A stretch of 64,000 nt of DNA, from contig JBFLYH010000002.1 in assembly GCA_040756875.1 (NCBI GenBank), forward strand, positions 254,526 through 318,525, given 5' to 3'. This DNA comes from a candidate division FCPU426 bacterium (GTDB taxonomy: Bacteria; Oederibacteriota; JAAXVQ01; JAUVAV01). Of this stretch, positions 1 to 9,939 are shown one piece after another. Under the pieces are notes generated by a model. It saw nothing but the letters and a program-made list of their open reading frames with translations. It did not search any database and had not been told where the DNA came from. The stretch's first letter is position 1, and the number at the start of each line of letters is the position of its first letter. A program made the position numbers and the translations under genes.

Positions 1-1
1 G

Positions 2-3000
2 CACGATGATCGCCGGCCCGTTTCCAGCGACAAATTCCTTCCATCGCCCTCCCTGCCATTCGGCCATCGGCAACTGCTCGCCGTGGAATCGGAACCATGC
101 CTCGTTGCTTACTTCGGCCACGACGCGCCCCAGGGCGTCGCGGTAATAGGCTGCCTGCCGCGCGTTGGTGTCGGAGCGAAAGACCTCCTGCAGGCTCCCG
201 TCCGAATCATAGGTGTAGCGGTAGTCCTGGTCCTGTCTCAGGCTGCCGTTCCGGTCATACAACCAGGGCCGGCCAGCCACCAACTGATACTGGTTCAGTT
301 CATTCGGCACGCTCGTGTACTCCGGCAGGCCGGGTTCCCGCGTGGCCAGGCGGTTGCCCATCTCGTCGTAATCGAAAACTGCGTCAGCCGGCAGCGCGTA
401 GGTCCCTAGAAAAGCATCGACGACCTGCTGACCCGCCGCGTCATCCGGTTCAACGGGCGCTCCGGGTGGCGAAATCGCCGGAATCTTTTCAAACCACTCG
501 AGCGGGCCATCCTGATAATGCGCCAAACGATAGAGGGAATCGAGGGCATAGGTCCTGGTCCGCGCTTCTGAGGGAGCCAGGCAGCTTTCACGCCTGACGA
601 ATCCGGCCGGATCGCGTAAAACCTGGTTGCGCCACAGCACGTTTTGGTCGCGGTCGCTCAAGGACCGCTCGGTGCTCAGACCGCGGCCGTCGTAAGCCAG
701 GTTCAGGGCCAGGCCGTTTCCGTAGTGAGCCGAAAGCAGTCGCTCTCCGACATAGCGATAGGTCGCGATGTCGCCTCCTCCCGTAGGGTCTGTAACGGCG
801 GTCACGCGCCCCAACCGGTCATACCGATAACCGACCCTTCGCCCGGATGGATAAATAACCGTTTCCTTTTTCCGGTTCAGACCGTACGACCAAGTCAGGG
901 TTTGCGGAGGTGGAACGCCGGCCAGGGATTGCAGAGTGACTTTTTCCCACAACGGCAACCCCCCCGAATCCCGGGCGATCGCCACCTGGCAGTACTCGTT
1001 CGCGTGCGTCGTCAAATGGCCGGCCGCGTCGTAGGCGAATGACGCCTTGCGCGAGGCCAGCATAGAGGCGCGGTCGGCCGGTAAAACGGCGGACTCGTCC
1101 ACCGTCACAGCCACCATACGGTTGAGCGGATCGTACTGCCGCCGGAACACCCTTCCGCTCCGGTCCGTGAGGGAAACGACGTTCCCGGCCGGGTCATAGC
1201 GCAGCCGCTGCCGGGGTTCCGCTGAACCGATGGCATACCACGACTCGACCTCCCGGTTCAGCGCATCGTACTTGAACTCGGTCCGCCGCCCGGCAGGGTC
1301 AACGATGGCCGTGGTGTTGCCGTTGGCGTCGTATTCGTATTGCGTAAGGCAGTCTGCGATCAGCGGGGCGCCGCCCAGGCCGGTGCTGGTCATCTCCTGC
1401 GTTTGTTTTATCACCTGGCCGAAAGCGTTGTGTTCCCAGCGCGTAATATTGCCCAGGGGATCCCGGGTCATGACCCGGTTTCCCAGCGAATCATAGGCGT
1501 GCTCCCAGCAATTCCCAAATGCATCGACGTGCCGTATTTCACGGTTAAAGTCATCATAAGCAGATAGCATCAAGAAGACCTCGTGCCGGACAACCTCCCC
1601 GGTCCCGGGATTCCGGACCGGCTCGAAAGTATAGACTCGGACCGCGTTTCCACTCCCGTCAAAAACCCGAAAAAGACGATTGCCCACTTCGTCCGTCTCC
1701 TCCACCGGACGCCCCTGGCCGTCCAATCGCCGCGACCGGCACCCGCCGCCTGGTTGCACCACCCCCCATTCCCTTCCCAGCGCATCCAGATGATGCTCGA
1801 CGATCGCCCGGGTCACCCGGCCCTGGGCTTGGGCCGCAAAAAAAACCTCGTCCACCTGCTCGGGATCCGTCGGCACCGGCGATAATATCGGCTCAGAAAA
1901 AACGGCCTCCGCCTGCCGAATCAGCGAGCCATGCTCGTCGTACTCTTTTTCCAGGCGCGAAAGCAGTTCGTACTGCCCGTCCGGCCGTTGTTGCACTCTT
2001 CTCAAGATCAAGGGATTATCCATTTGATCGTAATCGATGACGCTCAAATGGCCTGCCGCGTCAGTCTGAACCAGCGGCCGGCCCCAGGCATCCACTGAAA
2101 AGCAAAACTGATCCCCTTGCCAAAAGCCGTGATAGTGGTAAAAACCCCGGGGTCCCTGCGTGAACCTCACATTCCCAGCTTCGTCGTAAAAAAACCGGTC
2201 CACGGAGCGGTCAGGCGAGCAGGCGGCCTGTGTCGTGCGCACCAGGCGGCGCAGGGGATCGTAATCCCGGTAGGTCAGCGCCCCGCGCGCATCGCGGGTT
2301 TTGCACAGCAGGTCTTCATCGTTATAATATTTGCGCTGGGTGCGCATGGGACCGCCAGCCTCCGGCCCCCGGCGTTCGACGGTCAGGTTGCCGCCTGAGT
2401 CATACTCCCTTTCCAGGCGCACAGCCTGGCTAGCGCGCAGGATGCCGGTTTCATCGCGCCACTCCTGCCGCTCCAGCAGCAGGCGTCCCTTGGGATCGTA
2501 GGCAAACTCAGACAGCAAGGGGCCGGGCGCCCCCATTCGTGCCTGCCGGATCTTGAAGCCCAAGGGATTGAACACATACTGCGTTTCCCGCCCACGGGCG
2601 TCGGTTTGCCTGACCACGCGGCCGAGTGGGTCCGCTTCCTCTTCCACGGTGGCCTGGCTGCGGATCCGGCCCACGGCCAGGGCCTGTCCGAGCATATCCC
2701 GCAGCTCCACCCGATGCGCGCCGCGCTCCAACCCGTCGATGATGTATTCCGCGTCCTGGGCCTGGTTCCACCCCGGCGTTCGGACCTGCCCGTCCACTTT
2801 GATTTCCACTTCCGGATGATCCGCCCGCCGTTCATCCATGCCGCAGGTCTGATAGAGGGTTATCCGCGTTCCCTCCACGTCCACTGCCACGCCGTCACCC
2901 GCCGCCCCTCCGGACAGCCACCCGGACTCCGTCGCCTGCCAAGTCCCGTATTTTCGGATTTCCAAAACATCGGGCGTTTTTCCGTCCAATTTCCAGTCCG

Positions 3001-5155
3001 CCTGGGGGACGAATCGGCGCCGGACAAACCCCGCCCGAGCGGCGTCGGTTTCCGCGTAGTACTCGGTGAGCCATTCGAACCCGTTCATGTCCACCCGCCT
3101 GACTTCCCTCAATTTCCCGTCGCAGTCTGCATAGTGGAAGGTTTCCCGCAGGTTGGTCAGCACAGCTTGGCCCAGGGCCGACGAAGGGCGGGTCCGATCC
3201 GGCAGACGCCGCTCCAGCAACTGCCCCTGGCTGCCATACTCAAAACAGCTGAGATGCCTTTGGTGGGCTTGGTAGTGGGGATGATTCGGATCGAAGCCCG
3301 GTGCGCCGGGATCGAGCGACTCGGCATGCAGCGGATCCGCCGACCGGGTGTGCCGAGGGTCGGAGCGGCTGAGCAGAAGCTGCCTTTCCGGCTCAAAGCG
3401 GCTCTTAATCACGCGGTCCCGGGGCGATGAAGTCGTTTTGACCGGCGGCAGTTGCCGCCACCAGGTTTGAATGCCCAGCCCCGCCGGCAACAGGCGTTCC
3501 GCGCGAGCCACTTCGGCGAGCAAATTTCCAAAACTCATTCGGTCTTGCTTGGTCAGCCCGGCCAGGACGAAAGGCATTTCAGGCCAAGCGGAGAAGTCCG
3601 CCAGATGGTCGCGTCCGTACAAATACTGCCGCACGGCGCCGTCCGGGCCGAGCCGGGCGACCAGCGCTCCATCGGGATTGAAGCGGTTGCAGGTGACAGC
3701 TTCGTGCATCCCGCATCCGGCTGCATATTTTTCTCGCCGATGCAACTCGTTGCCGTATTCATTCAAGTAATGGGAGACGACATGCCCGCTCCGCCTGCGC
3801 TCGCGCACCAGCAACACGGCCTGATCCGCGAGCGCTTCAGTCTCCGGCTGGTCATCAAGCCACTCATAGTCCAACTCCATTTCGCCCTGGTTTTCCCGCT
3901 GCCGGATCACATAGCCGAAGAATTCCGAAAGTGCGTTGGTTTCGTACTGGTTCTCGGCTGTGATCCGCCCCTGCCAATCCACGATCCTGGCGAGCTTGAG
4001 CCCCTGCCCCACGCAGTCATACTCGTATTTTTCCAGGATCTCCGCGAAGCCGCCTGCCTGCGCCGGGCCGGCCACCGAGGATAAATGGCCCCAATCGTCA
4101 TAGGCGTAGCCGATGAAACGGCCGGTATGATCGCTCAACCGGACCAGCCTGCCCTCCTGGTCGTAATCGAAATTCACATGCCGGCCGGGGGAATTCACAT
4201 CCACGCGCTTCAACCGGTCATCGTCCGAATAGTAGAACTCTAAGCAATGGCCGTAGGGGTTCAGGATGCGGCGGATGCGGTGCTGGCCCAGCTGGCCGGT
4301 CGGTTGGAACTCGTATTTCAAGCCGCCGGTTTTTTCCAGAACGTAGGACGGGCCGAGAGGGGTGGCACAGGGAACCAGGACGTCATGCACGCCGTTGGGC
4401 GGCGCAAAGTAATTGTACGCCCCTGCGCTCAACCCCGAATCGAAATCAGGATGCCGCGCGAACAGAGTGGATTTGAGCTCGCCGGTCAGGACCTCGACGA
4501 GATATTCATTTTCCTCGCGAAGCCGAAGGTTGTAGTTATGGTCCCATTGCGGGCCAAGCGGGCCGTAATACAGCGTGCGGCTGCGATACGTGCGCCGGAA
4601 GGCAAAATCCATCCCGGCGCCGTTCACTGTGAAATCCGTATGTTGACTGAAGAATTCGCCGCGGTGGAGGGTAATGGGGTGCCCGGTGGTTTCGGCGTTC
4701 TGCTCGCCCGCCGGACTGTTGAGAATTCCCAACCCCTTCAGGCAAAACCGGACCAGGGAGACGATGTCCGTTGCCCGGTCAGCCTGGAGATAGTCGTTGA
4801 TCAGGCCAAGTTGTGTGGGGGATAGATCCATCCGCTCCTTGATCTTCTCGAGGAGCAATTCCGTCCAGGAGTCCGCCTCCGGCAGCAACCTGCTTCCATC
4901 CGGCCCTAGAACGGCCAGCAGCATGCCCAGGGGGTCCCGGCTGGCGCGGTTTAAAAACTCCGCCTGCTTGAGCGACTCGCGGGCCAGGGTGGCGGGAAAC
5001 ACGTTTTGGCCGAAAACCGTGTCAGCCACGCCCTGCACAAAGACGAAGCGGGCAAGGGCCTTCGTCAATCCGCCGCTGCTCAAGCCATTGAGTATCCCCG
5101 AAACCTTGTAAGCCACGAACGTCAAACCGGCCAGGCCGGCTAGCACGGGAAGCAT
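2..5155 (-). CDS. Rhs/YD-repeat protein with DUF6531-like domain (3' end beyond left window edge)
   Basis: Not in the ORF track because it has no stop in the window. ATG at 5155 with RBS GGAGAGGTGA. Translates as MLPVLAGLAGLTFVAYKV..., then GHPITLHRGEFFSQHTDFTVNGAGMDFAFRRTYRSRTLYYGPLGPQWDHNY (DUF6531-like), then many YD repeats; the same frame reads YYRDALGRVVAE near position 130. Confidence 0.9.
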   Translation of the reverse strand, partial: MLPVLAGLAGLTFVAYKVSGILNGLSSGGLTKALARFVFVQGVADTVFGQNVFPATLARESLKQAEFLNRASRDPLGMLLAVLGPDGSRLLPEADSWTELLLEKIKERMDLSPTQLGLINDYLQADRATDIVSLVRFCLKGLGILNSPAGEQNAETTGHPITLHRGEFFSQHTDFTVNGAGMDFAFRRTYRSRTLYYGPLGPQWDHNYNLRLREENEYLVEVLTGELKSTLFARHPDFDSGLSAGAYNYFAPPNGVHDVLVPCATPLGPSYVLEKTGGLKYEFQPTGQLGQHRIRRILNPYGHCLEFYYSDDDRLKRVDVNSPGRHVNFDYDQEGRLVRLSDHTGRFIGYAYDDWGHLSSVAGPAQAGGFAEILEKYEYDCVGQGLKLARIVDWQGRITAENQYETNALSEFFGYVIRQRENQGEMELDYEWLDDQPETEALADQAVLLVRERRRSGHVVSHYLNEYGNELHRREKYAAGCGMHEAVTCNRFNPDGALVARLGPDGAVRQYLYGRDHLADFSAWPEMPFVLAGLTKQDRMSFGNLLAEVARAERLLPAGLGIQTWWRQLPPVKTTSSPRDRVIKSRFEPERQLLLSRSDPRHTRSADPLHAESLDPGAPGFDPNHPHYQAHQRHLSCFEYGSQGQLLERRLPDRTRPSSALGQAVLTNLRETFHYADCDGKLREVRRVDMNGFEWLTEYYAETDAARAGFVRRRFVPQADWKLDGKTPDVLEIRKYGTWQATESGWLSGGAAGDGVAVDVEGTRITLYQTCGMDERRADHPEVEIKVDGQVRTPGWNQAQDAEYIIDGLERGAHRVELRDMLGQALAVGRIRSQATVEEEADPLGRVVRQTDARGRETQYVFNPLGFKIRQARMGAPGPLLSEFAYDPKGRLLLERQEWRDETGILRASQAVRLEREYDSGGNLTVERRGPEAGGPMRTQRKYYNDEDLLCKTRDARGALTYRDYDPLRRLVRTTQAACSPDRSVDRFFYDEAGNVRFTQGPRGFYHYHGFWQGDQFCFSVDAWGRPLVQTDAAGHLSVIDYDQMDNPLILRRVQQRPDGQYELLSRLEKEYDEHGSLIRQAEAVFSEPILSPVPTDPEQVDEVFFAAQAQGRVTRAIVEHHLDALGREWGVVQPGGGCRSRRLDGQGRPVEETDEVGNRLFRVFDGSGNAVRVYTFEPVRNPGTGEVVRHEVFLMLSAYDDFNREIRHVDAFGNCWEHAYDSLGNRVMTRDPLGNITRWEHNAFGQVIKQTQEMTSTGLGGAPLIADCLTQYEYDANGNTTAIVDPAGRRTEFKYDALNREVESWYAIGSAEPRQRLRYDPAGNVVSLTDRSGRVFRRQYDPLNRMVAVTVDESAVLPADRASMLASRKASFAYDAAGHLTTHANEYCQVAIARDSGGLPLWEKVTLQSLAGVPPPQTLTWSYGLNRKKETVIYPSGRRVGYRYDRLGRVTAVTDPTGGGDIATYRYVGERLLSAHYGNGLALNLAYDGRGLSTERSLSDRDQNVLWRNQVLRDPAGFVRRESCLAPSEARTRTYALDSLYRLAHYQDGPLEWFEKIPAISPPGAPVEPDDAAGQQVVDAFLGTYALPADAVFDYDEMGNRLATREPGLPEYTSVPNELNQYQLVAGRPWLYDRNGSLRQDQDYRYTYDSDGSLQEVFRSDTNARQAAYYRDALGRVVAEVSNEAWFRFHGEQLPMAEWQGGRWKEFVAGNGPAIIV

Positions 5156-5197
5156 GGGCTGTCACCTCTCCCAATGGGTGCGGAACCGTTTTTCCGC

Positions 5198-7249
5198 CTA
5201 CCGCCGCTTCCGCGCCGTTTTCGCGCCTTTGGCTTCCGCGGACGACTGGATTTTTTCCTTGCGATAGGCGCTGGCGATCAATTTCCGCATTTTTTCGGGC
5301 GGATAGCGCCGGTTGAACCTATCCTGCACGGCATTCCGGGTTAGCGGTGTTTTCAGCGTCCTGGGATTCAGCGCGGTGACAGCCGCCCGCAACAACTGGC
5401 CGCGGATCTTCGTCGCCTCCGTGCGGCTGACGCCCAATTCTTCCCGAATGTCCTCGCAAGTCAACCGTGCCAGGTCCGTCACCCGGAGAAGTGCGCGTTT
5501 TTTTCCCAATCCCTTTTCCATATAAGGGCGGAACCGCTCAAATCCGGCCAGCGACTGGTCCTGGATGCCCGCAGCGGCCAGCTGGCCGAGCAGTTGCGCC
5601 AGACGGTCAGCCACGAGCGGGCTATCAAAGAAAGAAACCTGGCCATATGCATGGCGCCGCGGCGAGCCGAGGCTGGCCACGGCCTTCTCGTTGACCGCAC
5701 GGAAAAAAACATCGGCCCGTCTACCGTAGAGGGCGCCGGTTTCCGGCAGGGATTGGGTAAACACCACAGATTCCTCGTTTTCCACATCAGACACGTTGCC
5801 GCTGCCAGACTGCTCCTGGTCAACACCCGATCCGTCGCCGGCAGTCGGCGTCGTGCAAGCGCGAAGAAAGCGCCCCAGAACCACCATCTGGTCTCCGTAA
5901 CCCTCGTATTCCTCGAAAACGAGCGCCACCTCCTCGATCCCGACATTCGGGGTCTTGGCGATCACTTTCAGTAGATCGTATTTGATGGCAGGGGAACCGG
6001 GCCATCCCGTCAGCGTAAAATTCTTGATCTGTTCGTGAGCGAGCATGCGGTAATCGGCCGAAACGTAATTCCAGGTATTCATGAGGCGCGCGTACTCGGC
6101 GTAATCGGGAATCTGACCGACGTCGAGGCGGAGCGCCTCGGCCGTCTTGGCCAGGTTTTCCGGCATATACAAATCGTTCAAAGGGATGAAACGCGGCCGG
6201 TATGTTTTAAATGTGGTGACGTGGGTCGTTTCCAAGGTTGCCTCGACGCAAAACCCCGGGATCGAAGCCGGCCGGTTGACCACGAGAAAAAATTCCTGAA
6301 TCCCCTCCAATTGCCGCATGCCCTGGGCAAAGGAAAATTTGCTCTGCTGGATGTGCGGCCGGGGCTGCACATGAAACACGACCCGGTTGGTCCCCAGGTG
6401 GTATCCCTGCAGCAGACTGTAAATATGATTCAGGCTGGTCGAGTGCGACAGGGATTCCCGCTTCTCGCGGGAGAGGTCGATGTTCGTCACTTGCTGGCTT
6501 TGCTGATTGTTGCGCGACGTGGTTCCCCATTGCCCGGTGTTCGATACAGAACCCTCCGAGGACTCGGACGACTGGTACGAATCCTCATTGCTCCATTGGG
6601 CGACCCCAAACGCCGCGCTGCCTCCCTCGGTTTGGCTTCCCCCCGATCCCCGGCTGGAGCCCCAGGAGGAGGCCGATCCGGTGTCCAGGTCGTAATTTTC
6701 GCTGCTGACTGTATCGGTCATCTGTTTACCGACATTGACGTTGTTTGCGGACTGGCTGAGAATCTCCCCGCTTTCGGTGACCGCCTCATACATTTCGCGT
6801 TTGGTCGGTTCGAAGGCGGAAACATAGGGATAATCCTCGAGGGGAACGGGCCCTTCCGCTTTGGGCAGGATACTGACCTGCAACAAAGCGCCGAAACAGG
6901 GCAGGCACTGATCCATACCCGGGATGTCCACCAGGGCGGCGCCGCTTTCATAGGGCATGTTCAACTCGTCTATATAGTGGGCATACTCGGCGATTTTGCC
7001 GCCAATCTCGTCGTCTTTGGCGAGAAAGCTGCTGATGGTGCACACTACTTTGAGATAGGTCACCTTGCGCTGGCAGTATTCCGGAGGCAACTCGGCGGGC
7101 TCATGATAGAACACGGCGATCGAGGATTTCCACATGGCGGGAAACGCCGCTCCGGCGTTTAGTTTGCTCTGGGCATCGATCATGTTCTTCGATACACCCA
7201 TGCGTTTCCAGGGAACATTGACCGGCAAAGACATTTCCGTGAATGACAT
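5198..7249 (-). CDS. Uncharacterised 683-aa protein with central Ser/Thr/Gly-rich segment, upstream of Rhs gene
   Basis: Long ORF (track 5198..7486). Likely start is ATG 7249 (MSFTEMSLP) preceded by GGAGGGG. No family recognised. Confidence 0.8.
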   Translation of the reverse strand: MSFTEMSLPVNVPWKRMGVSKNMIDAQSKLNAGAAFPAMWKSSIAVFYHEPAELPPEYCQRKVTYLKVVCTISSFLAKDDEIGGKIAEYAHYIDELNMPYESGAALVDIPGMDQCLPCFGALLQVSILPKAEGPVPLEDYPYVSAFEPTKREMYEAVTESGEILSQSANNVNVGKQMTDTVSSENYDLDTGSASSWGSSRGSGGSQTEGGSAAFGVAQWSNEDSYQSSESSEGSVSNTGQWGTTSRNNQQSQQVTNIDLSREKRESLSHSTSLNHIYSLLQGYHLGTNRVVFHVQPRPHIQQSKFSFAQGMRQLEGIQEFFLVVNRPASIPGFCVEATLETTHVTTFKTYRPRFIPLNDLYMPENLAKTAEALRLDVGQIPDYAEYARLMNTWNYVSADYRMLAHEQIKNFTLTGWPGSPAIKYDLLKVIAKTPNVGIEEVALVFEEYEGYGDQMVVLGRFLRACTTPTAGDGSGVDQEQSGSGNVSDVENEESVVFTQSLPETGALYGRRADVFFRAVNEKAVASLGSPRRHAYGQVSFFDSPLVADRLAQLLGQLAAAGIQDQSLAGFERFRPYMEKGLGKKRALLRVTDLARLTCEDIREELGVSRTEATKIRGQLLRAAVTALNPRTLKTPLTRNAVQDRFNRRYPPEKMRKLIASAYRKEKIQSSAEAKGAKTARKRR

Positions 7250-7326
7250 GGCGCCCCTCCCACGTATTGACTGCACGACGGGCTCTATTGTTATACGGCA
7301 GTGGGCAAATGGCAATGGATTTCCCG

Positions 7327-7461
7327 ATGGAGCCCCCCGGCCGAAGGGCCCGGGGCACCTCCTCTGACCTCGGCACCTACTGCCTGGGCAGGGCGACATC
7401 CCCGAAGCAGGAAGATACGCATTCCTCCCCGCGCATGCGCGGGGTTCCCTGCAAAGGGGAT
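7327..7461 (+). repeat. ~130-bp structured repeat, copy A (ATGGAGCC...GGCGACATCCCC...GGGGAT)
   Basis: Shares ATGGAGCC, a 21-nt hairpin, YACC, GGCGACAT and a terminal ATCCCC/GGGGAT stem with copies at 48764, 57416, 57546 and 57969. Confidence 0.85.
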
Positions 7462-7516
7462 GGAAGGTTCGCTCCGGAAAAGGCAACGTCGAAGAAGGGC
7501 GGCGTTTCGAAACCGC

Positions 7517-8485
7517 TTATAGGTGGGGGTCATCCTTCTGCAGGTAGTTTCGAACGTAATCTTGGATCCCGTCTTCCAAAGAAGTGAACGGGCGGTCGTA
7601 GCCCGCGGCCTGCAATTTCTTGATGTCCGCTTCGGTGCGGTACTGGTAGCGGTCCCGGAGCTCGGCCGGCATCTCGATGTACTCGATCCGCGGCTCGCGG
7701 CCCATGGCCTGGAACACCGCGCGGACCAGATCGTTCCAGGTCCGCGCCTGGCCGGTGCCCACGTTGAAGATGCCGTTGGCTTTGGGGTGCTCCAGCAGCC
7801 AGGCCAGCACCTCCACTGCGTCCTTGACGTATACGAAATCCCGGACCTGTTCGCCGTCGCGGTATTCGGGCCGGTAGGATTTGAACAGCTTGACGCTGCC
7901 GGTGTCCCGGATCTGGCCGAACGCCTTGTGGATCACGCTGCGCATGTCGCCTTTGTGGTATTCGTTGGGTCCGTACACGTTGAAAAATTTCAGGCCGGCG
8001 ATGCTCTTGGCCGCGCCGGTGCGGATCGCCCACAGGTCGAACAGCTGCTTGGAGTAGCCGTACATGTTCAGCGGCTTGAGGGTCAGGCTCACCGCGTCCT
8101 CGTCGCTGTAGCCCAGGCCGCCGTCGCCGTAGGTGGCGCCGGAACTGGCGTACAGGAAACGCACCCCGTGCGCCAGGGCCCATTCGGCCAGGGTGCGGGT
8201 GTACTGGGTGTTGTTCTGCATGAGGTACTGGCTGTCCCTCTCCGTGGTCGAACTGCAGGCGCCCATGTGCACCAGGGCCGTGACCTTGGGCAGGCGCCCG
8301 GACTCCAGCCGGCACAGCAGCTCGCGGTGGTCCCAATAGTCGGCAAAGCGGCGGTTAACGAGGTTCCGCCACTTGTCCGTGGCGTCCAATACGTCCACCA
8401 CCAGCAAGTCCTCACGTCCAAGCTGGTTCAGCTTCCACAGCAGCGCGCTGCCGATGAATCCCGCCCCGCCGGTCACGATGATCAT
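7517..8485 (-). CDS. hldD: ADP-L-glycero-D-manno-heptose 6-epimerase
   Basis: MIIVTGGAGFIGS, HMGACSSTTE, YGYSK, FFNVYGPNEYHKG motifs; ATGA overlap with the cheB stop. Confidence 0.93.
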   Translation of the reverse strand: MIIVTGGAGFIGSALLWKLNQLGREDLLVVDVLDATDKWRNLVNRRFADYWDHRELLCRLESGRLPKVTALVHMGACSSTTERDSQYLMQNNTQYTRTLAEWALAHGVRFLYASSGATYGDGGLGYSDEDAVSLTLKPLNMYGYSKQLFDLWAIRTGAAKSIAGLKFFNVYGPNEYHKGDMRSVIHKAFGQIRDTGSVKLFKSYRPEYRDGEQVRDFVYVKDAVEVLAWLLEHPKANGIFNVGTGQARTWNDLVRAVFQAMGREPRIEYIEMPAELRDRYQYRTEADIKKLQAAGYDRPFTSLEDGIQDYVRNYLQKDDPHL

Positions 8486-9555
8486 TTGCCACCCGCCTTG
8501 CTCGCCTGCACCAGGCGCACGATCTGGCCGCTCATGGAAGTAATCGGATACACGCCGTCGGCCACGCCGGCCTCGACCACGGATTTGGGCATGCCGTAGA
8601 CCACGCAAGTGGACTTGTCCTCGGCCAGGACCTTGCCGCCGGCCTTGTTGACGATGATGCTGCCCTGGGTGCCGTCGTGCCCCATGCCGGTCAGGATCAC
8701 GGCCAGGCAGTTCCCGCGGTACAATTTGGCGGCCGACTCCAGGGTCACGTCCACCGCCGGCCGCACGCTGTTGCGGGTCGGCCCCTGGTGGAGGCGGATC
8801 ACGTCCTTGCCGTTCTCGCTGACCACGATCATGTGATGATTGCTCGGCGCCAGGTACACGTGTCCGACCAGCACCTCGTCCCCCTCCTCCGCCTCCTTGA
8901 CGCTCAGCTTGCTCACGCGGTCCAGTCGCTCGGCGAGGGATTTGGTGAACCCGGCCGACATATGCTGCACGACCAGGACGGCCGCCGGCAGGTCCGCGGG
9001 CAGATGGGGGATGACCTCGTACAGGGCGCGGGGCCCGCCGGTCGAACTGCCGATCACCACGATCTGCCGGCCGGCCTTGAGCGTTTCCGGGAGGGGTTCG
9101 GCCGTTTCCAGGCCTTCGTATTCCAGGAACTTCAGCCGCGAAATATCCACCTGCGCCGCGGTGCGGACCTTGTTGACCAGTTCCTCGGCGACCTTGGACA
9201 GATCCAGGCTGATGGGTCCGGAAGGCTTGCAGACGAAATCCACGGCCCCGTATTCCAGGGCCCGCAGCGTCATTTCGCCGCCGCGTTCGGTGTAGGCCGA
9301 AAGCATGACCACCGGCGTGGGGCATTCGCTCATGATGTAGCCGAGGGTCTGCAGGCCGTCCAGCTTGGGCATCTCGATGTCCAGGGTCACCACGTCGGGA
9401 TGGTAATCGGTGACCTTCTGGATGGCTTCCAGGCCGTCGCGGGCCGTGGCGACCACTTCAATGTCCTCAGCCGCGTTCAGGATGTTGCTGATGGTCTTGC
9501 GCATGAAGGCCGAATCATCGACCGCCAGGACTTTAATGGGGCGGGAAGGCTCCAT
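8482..9555 (-). CDS. cheB: Chemotaxis response regulator protein-glutamate methylesterase
   Basis: N-terminal REC domain (VDDS, TLDIEMP) plus methylesterase motifs SSTGGP, VQHM, TGMGHDG. Confidence 0.97.
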   Translation of the reverse strand: MEPSRPIKVLAVDDSAFMRKTISNILNAAEDIEVVATARDGLEAIQKVTDYHPDVVTLDIEMPKLDGLQTLGYIMSECPTPVVMLSAYTERGGEMTLRALEYGAVDFVCKPSGPISLDLSKVAEELVNKVRTAAQVDISRLKFLEYEGLETAEPLPETLKAGRQIVVIGSSTGGPRALYEVIPHLPADLPAAVLVVQHMSAGFTKSLAERLDRVSKLSVKEAEEGDEVLVGHVYLAPSNHHMIVVSENGKDVIRLHQGPTRNSVRPAVDVTLESAAKLYRGNCLAVILTGMGHDGTQGSIIVNKAGGKVLAEDKSTCVVYGMPKSVVEAGVADGVYPITSMSGQIVRLVQASKAGGK

Positions 9556-9573
9556 ACAACAGCGGAAGGAAGG

Positions 9574-9939
9574 CTATTTCGCCAGCGCGCGTTCGACGGC
9601 CTCGAGCACGCGGGGCGGCTGGAACGGCTTGATGACGAAATCCTTGGCGCCGGCCGCGATCGCCTCGATGACCATCGCCTGCTGTCCCATGGCGCTGCAC
9701 ATGATGATCACCGCCTTGGGGTCCATCTGGATGATTTCCTTGACGGCCTCGATGCCGTTCACCTCGGGCATGATGATGTCCATGGTCGTCAAGTCGGGAT
9801 GCAGCTTCTTGAACAGTTCGACCGCCTCTCGGCCGTCCTTGGCCTCGCCCACGATTTCGTAGTTCTGTTTCTCCAATATGCCGCGGATCATCACTCGCAT
9901 GAAAGCCGCGTCATCGGCGATCAGGATTCTGGCTGGCAT
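9574..9939 (-). CDS. cheY: CheY-type response regulator
   Basis: ILIADDAAFMR, TMDIIMPE, CSAMGQQ, FVIKPF. Confidence 0.93.
   Translation of the reverse strand: MPARILIADDAAFMRVMIRGILEKQNYEIVGEAKDGREAVELFKKLHPDLTTMDIIMPEVNGIEAVKEIIQMDPKAVIIMCSAMGQQAMVIEAIAAGAKDFVIKPFQPPRVLEAVERALAK

Noticed and set aside
83-5111. Many plus-strand and off-frame ORFs over the first 5 kb
   Set aside because: Shadows of the single minus-strand Rhs frame, which the track missed because it has no stop in the window.
7327-7461. Known riboswitch, ribozyme or attC identity for the ~130-bp repeat
   Set aside because: I could not find a hammerhead core (CUGAUGA/GAAA), attC RYYYAAC/GTTRRRY boxes, or a riboswitch consensus I recognise on either strand; an Rfam search is still needed.
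7517-9325. 602-aa ORF suggesting an N-terminally extended HldD
   Set aside because: The extension is an alternative frame of cheB; the real start is ATG 8485.
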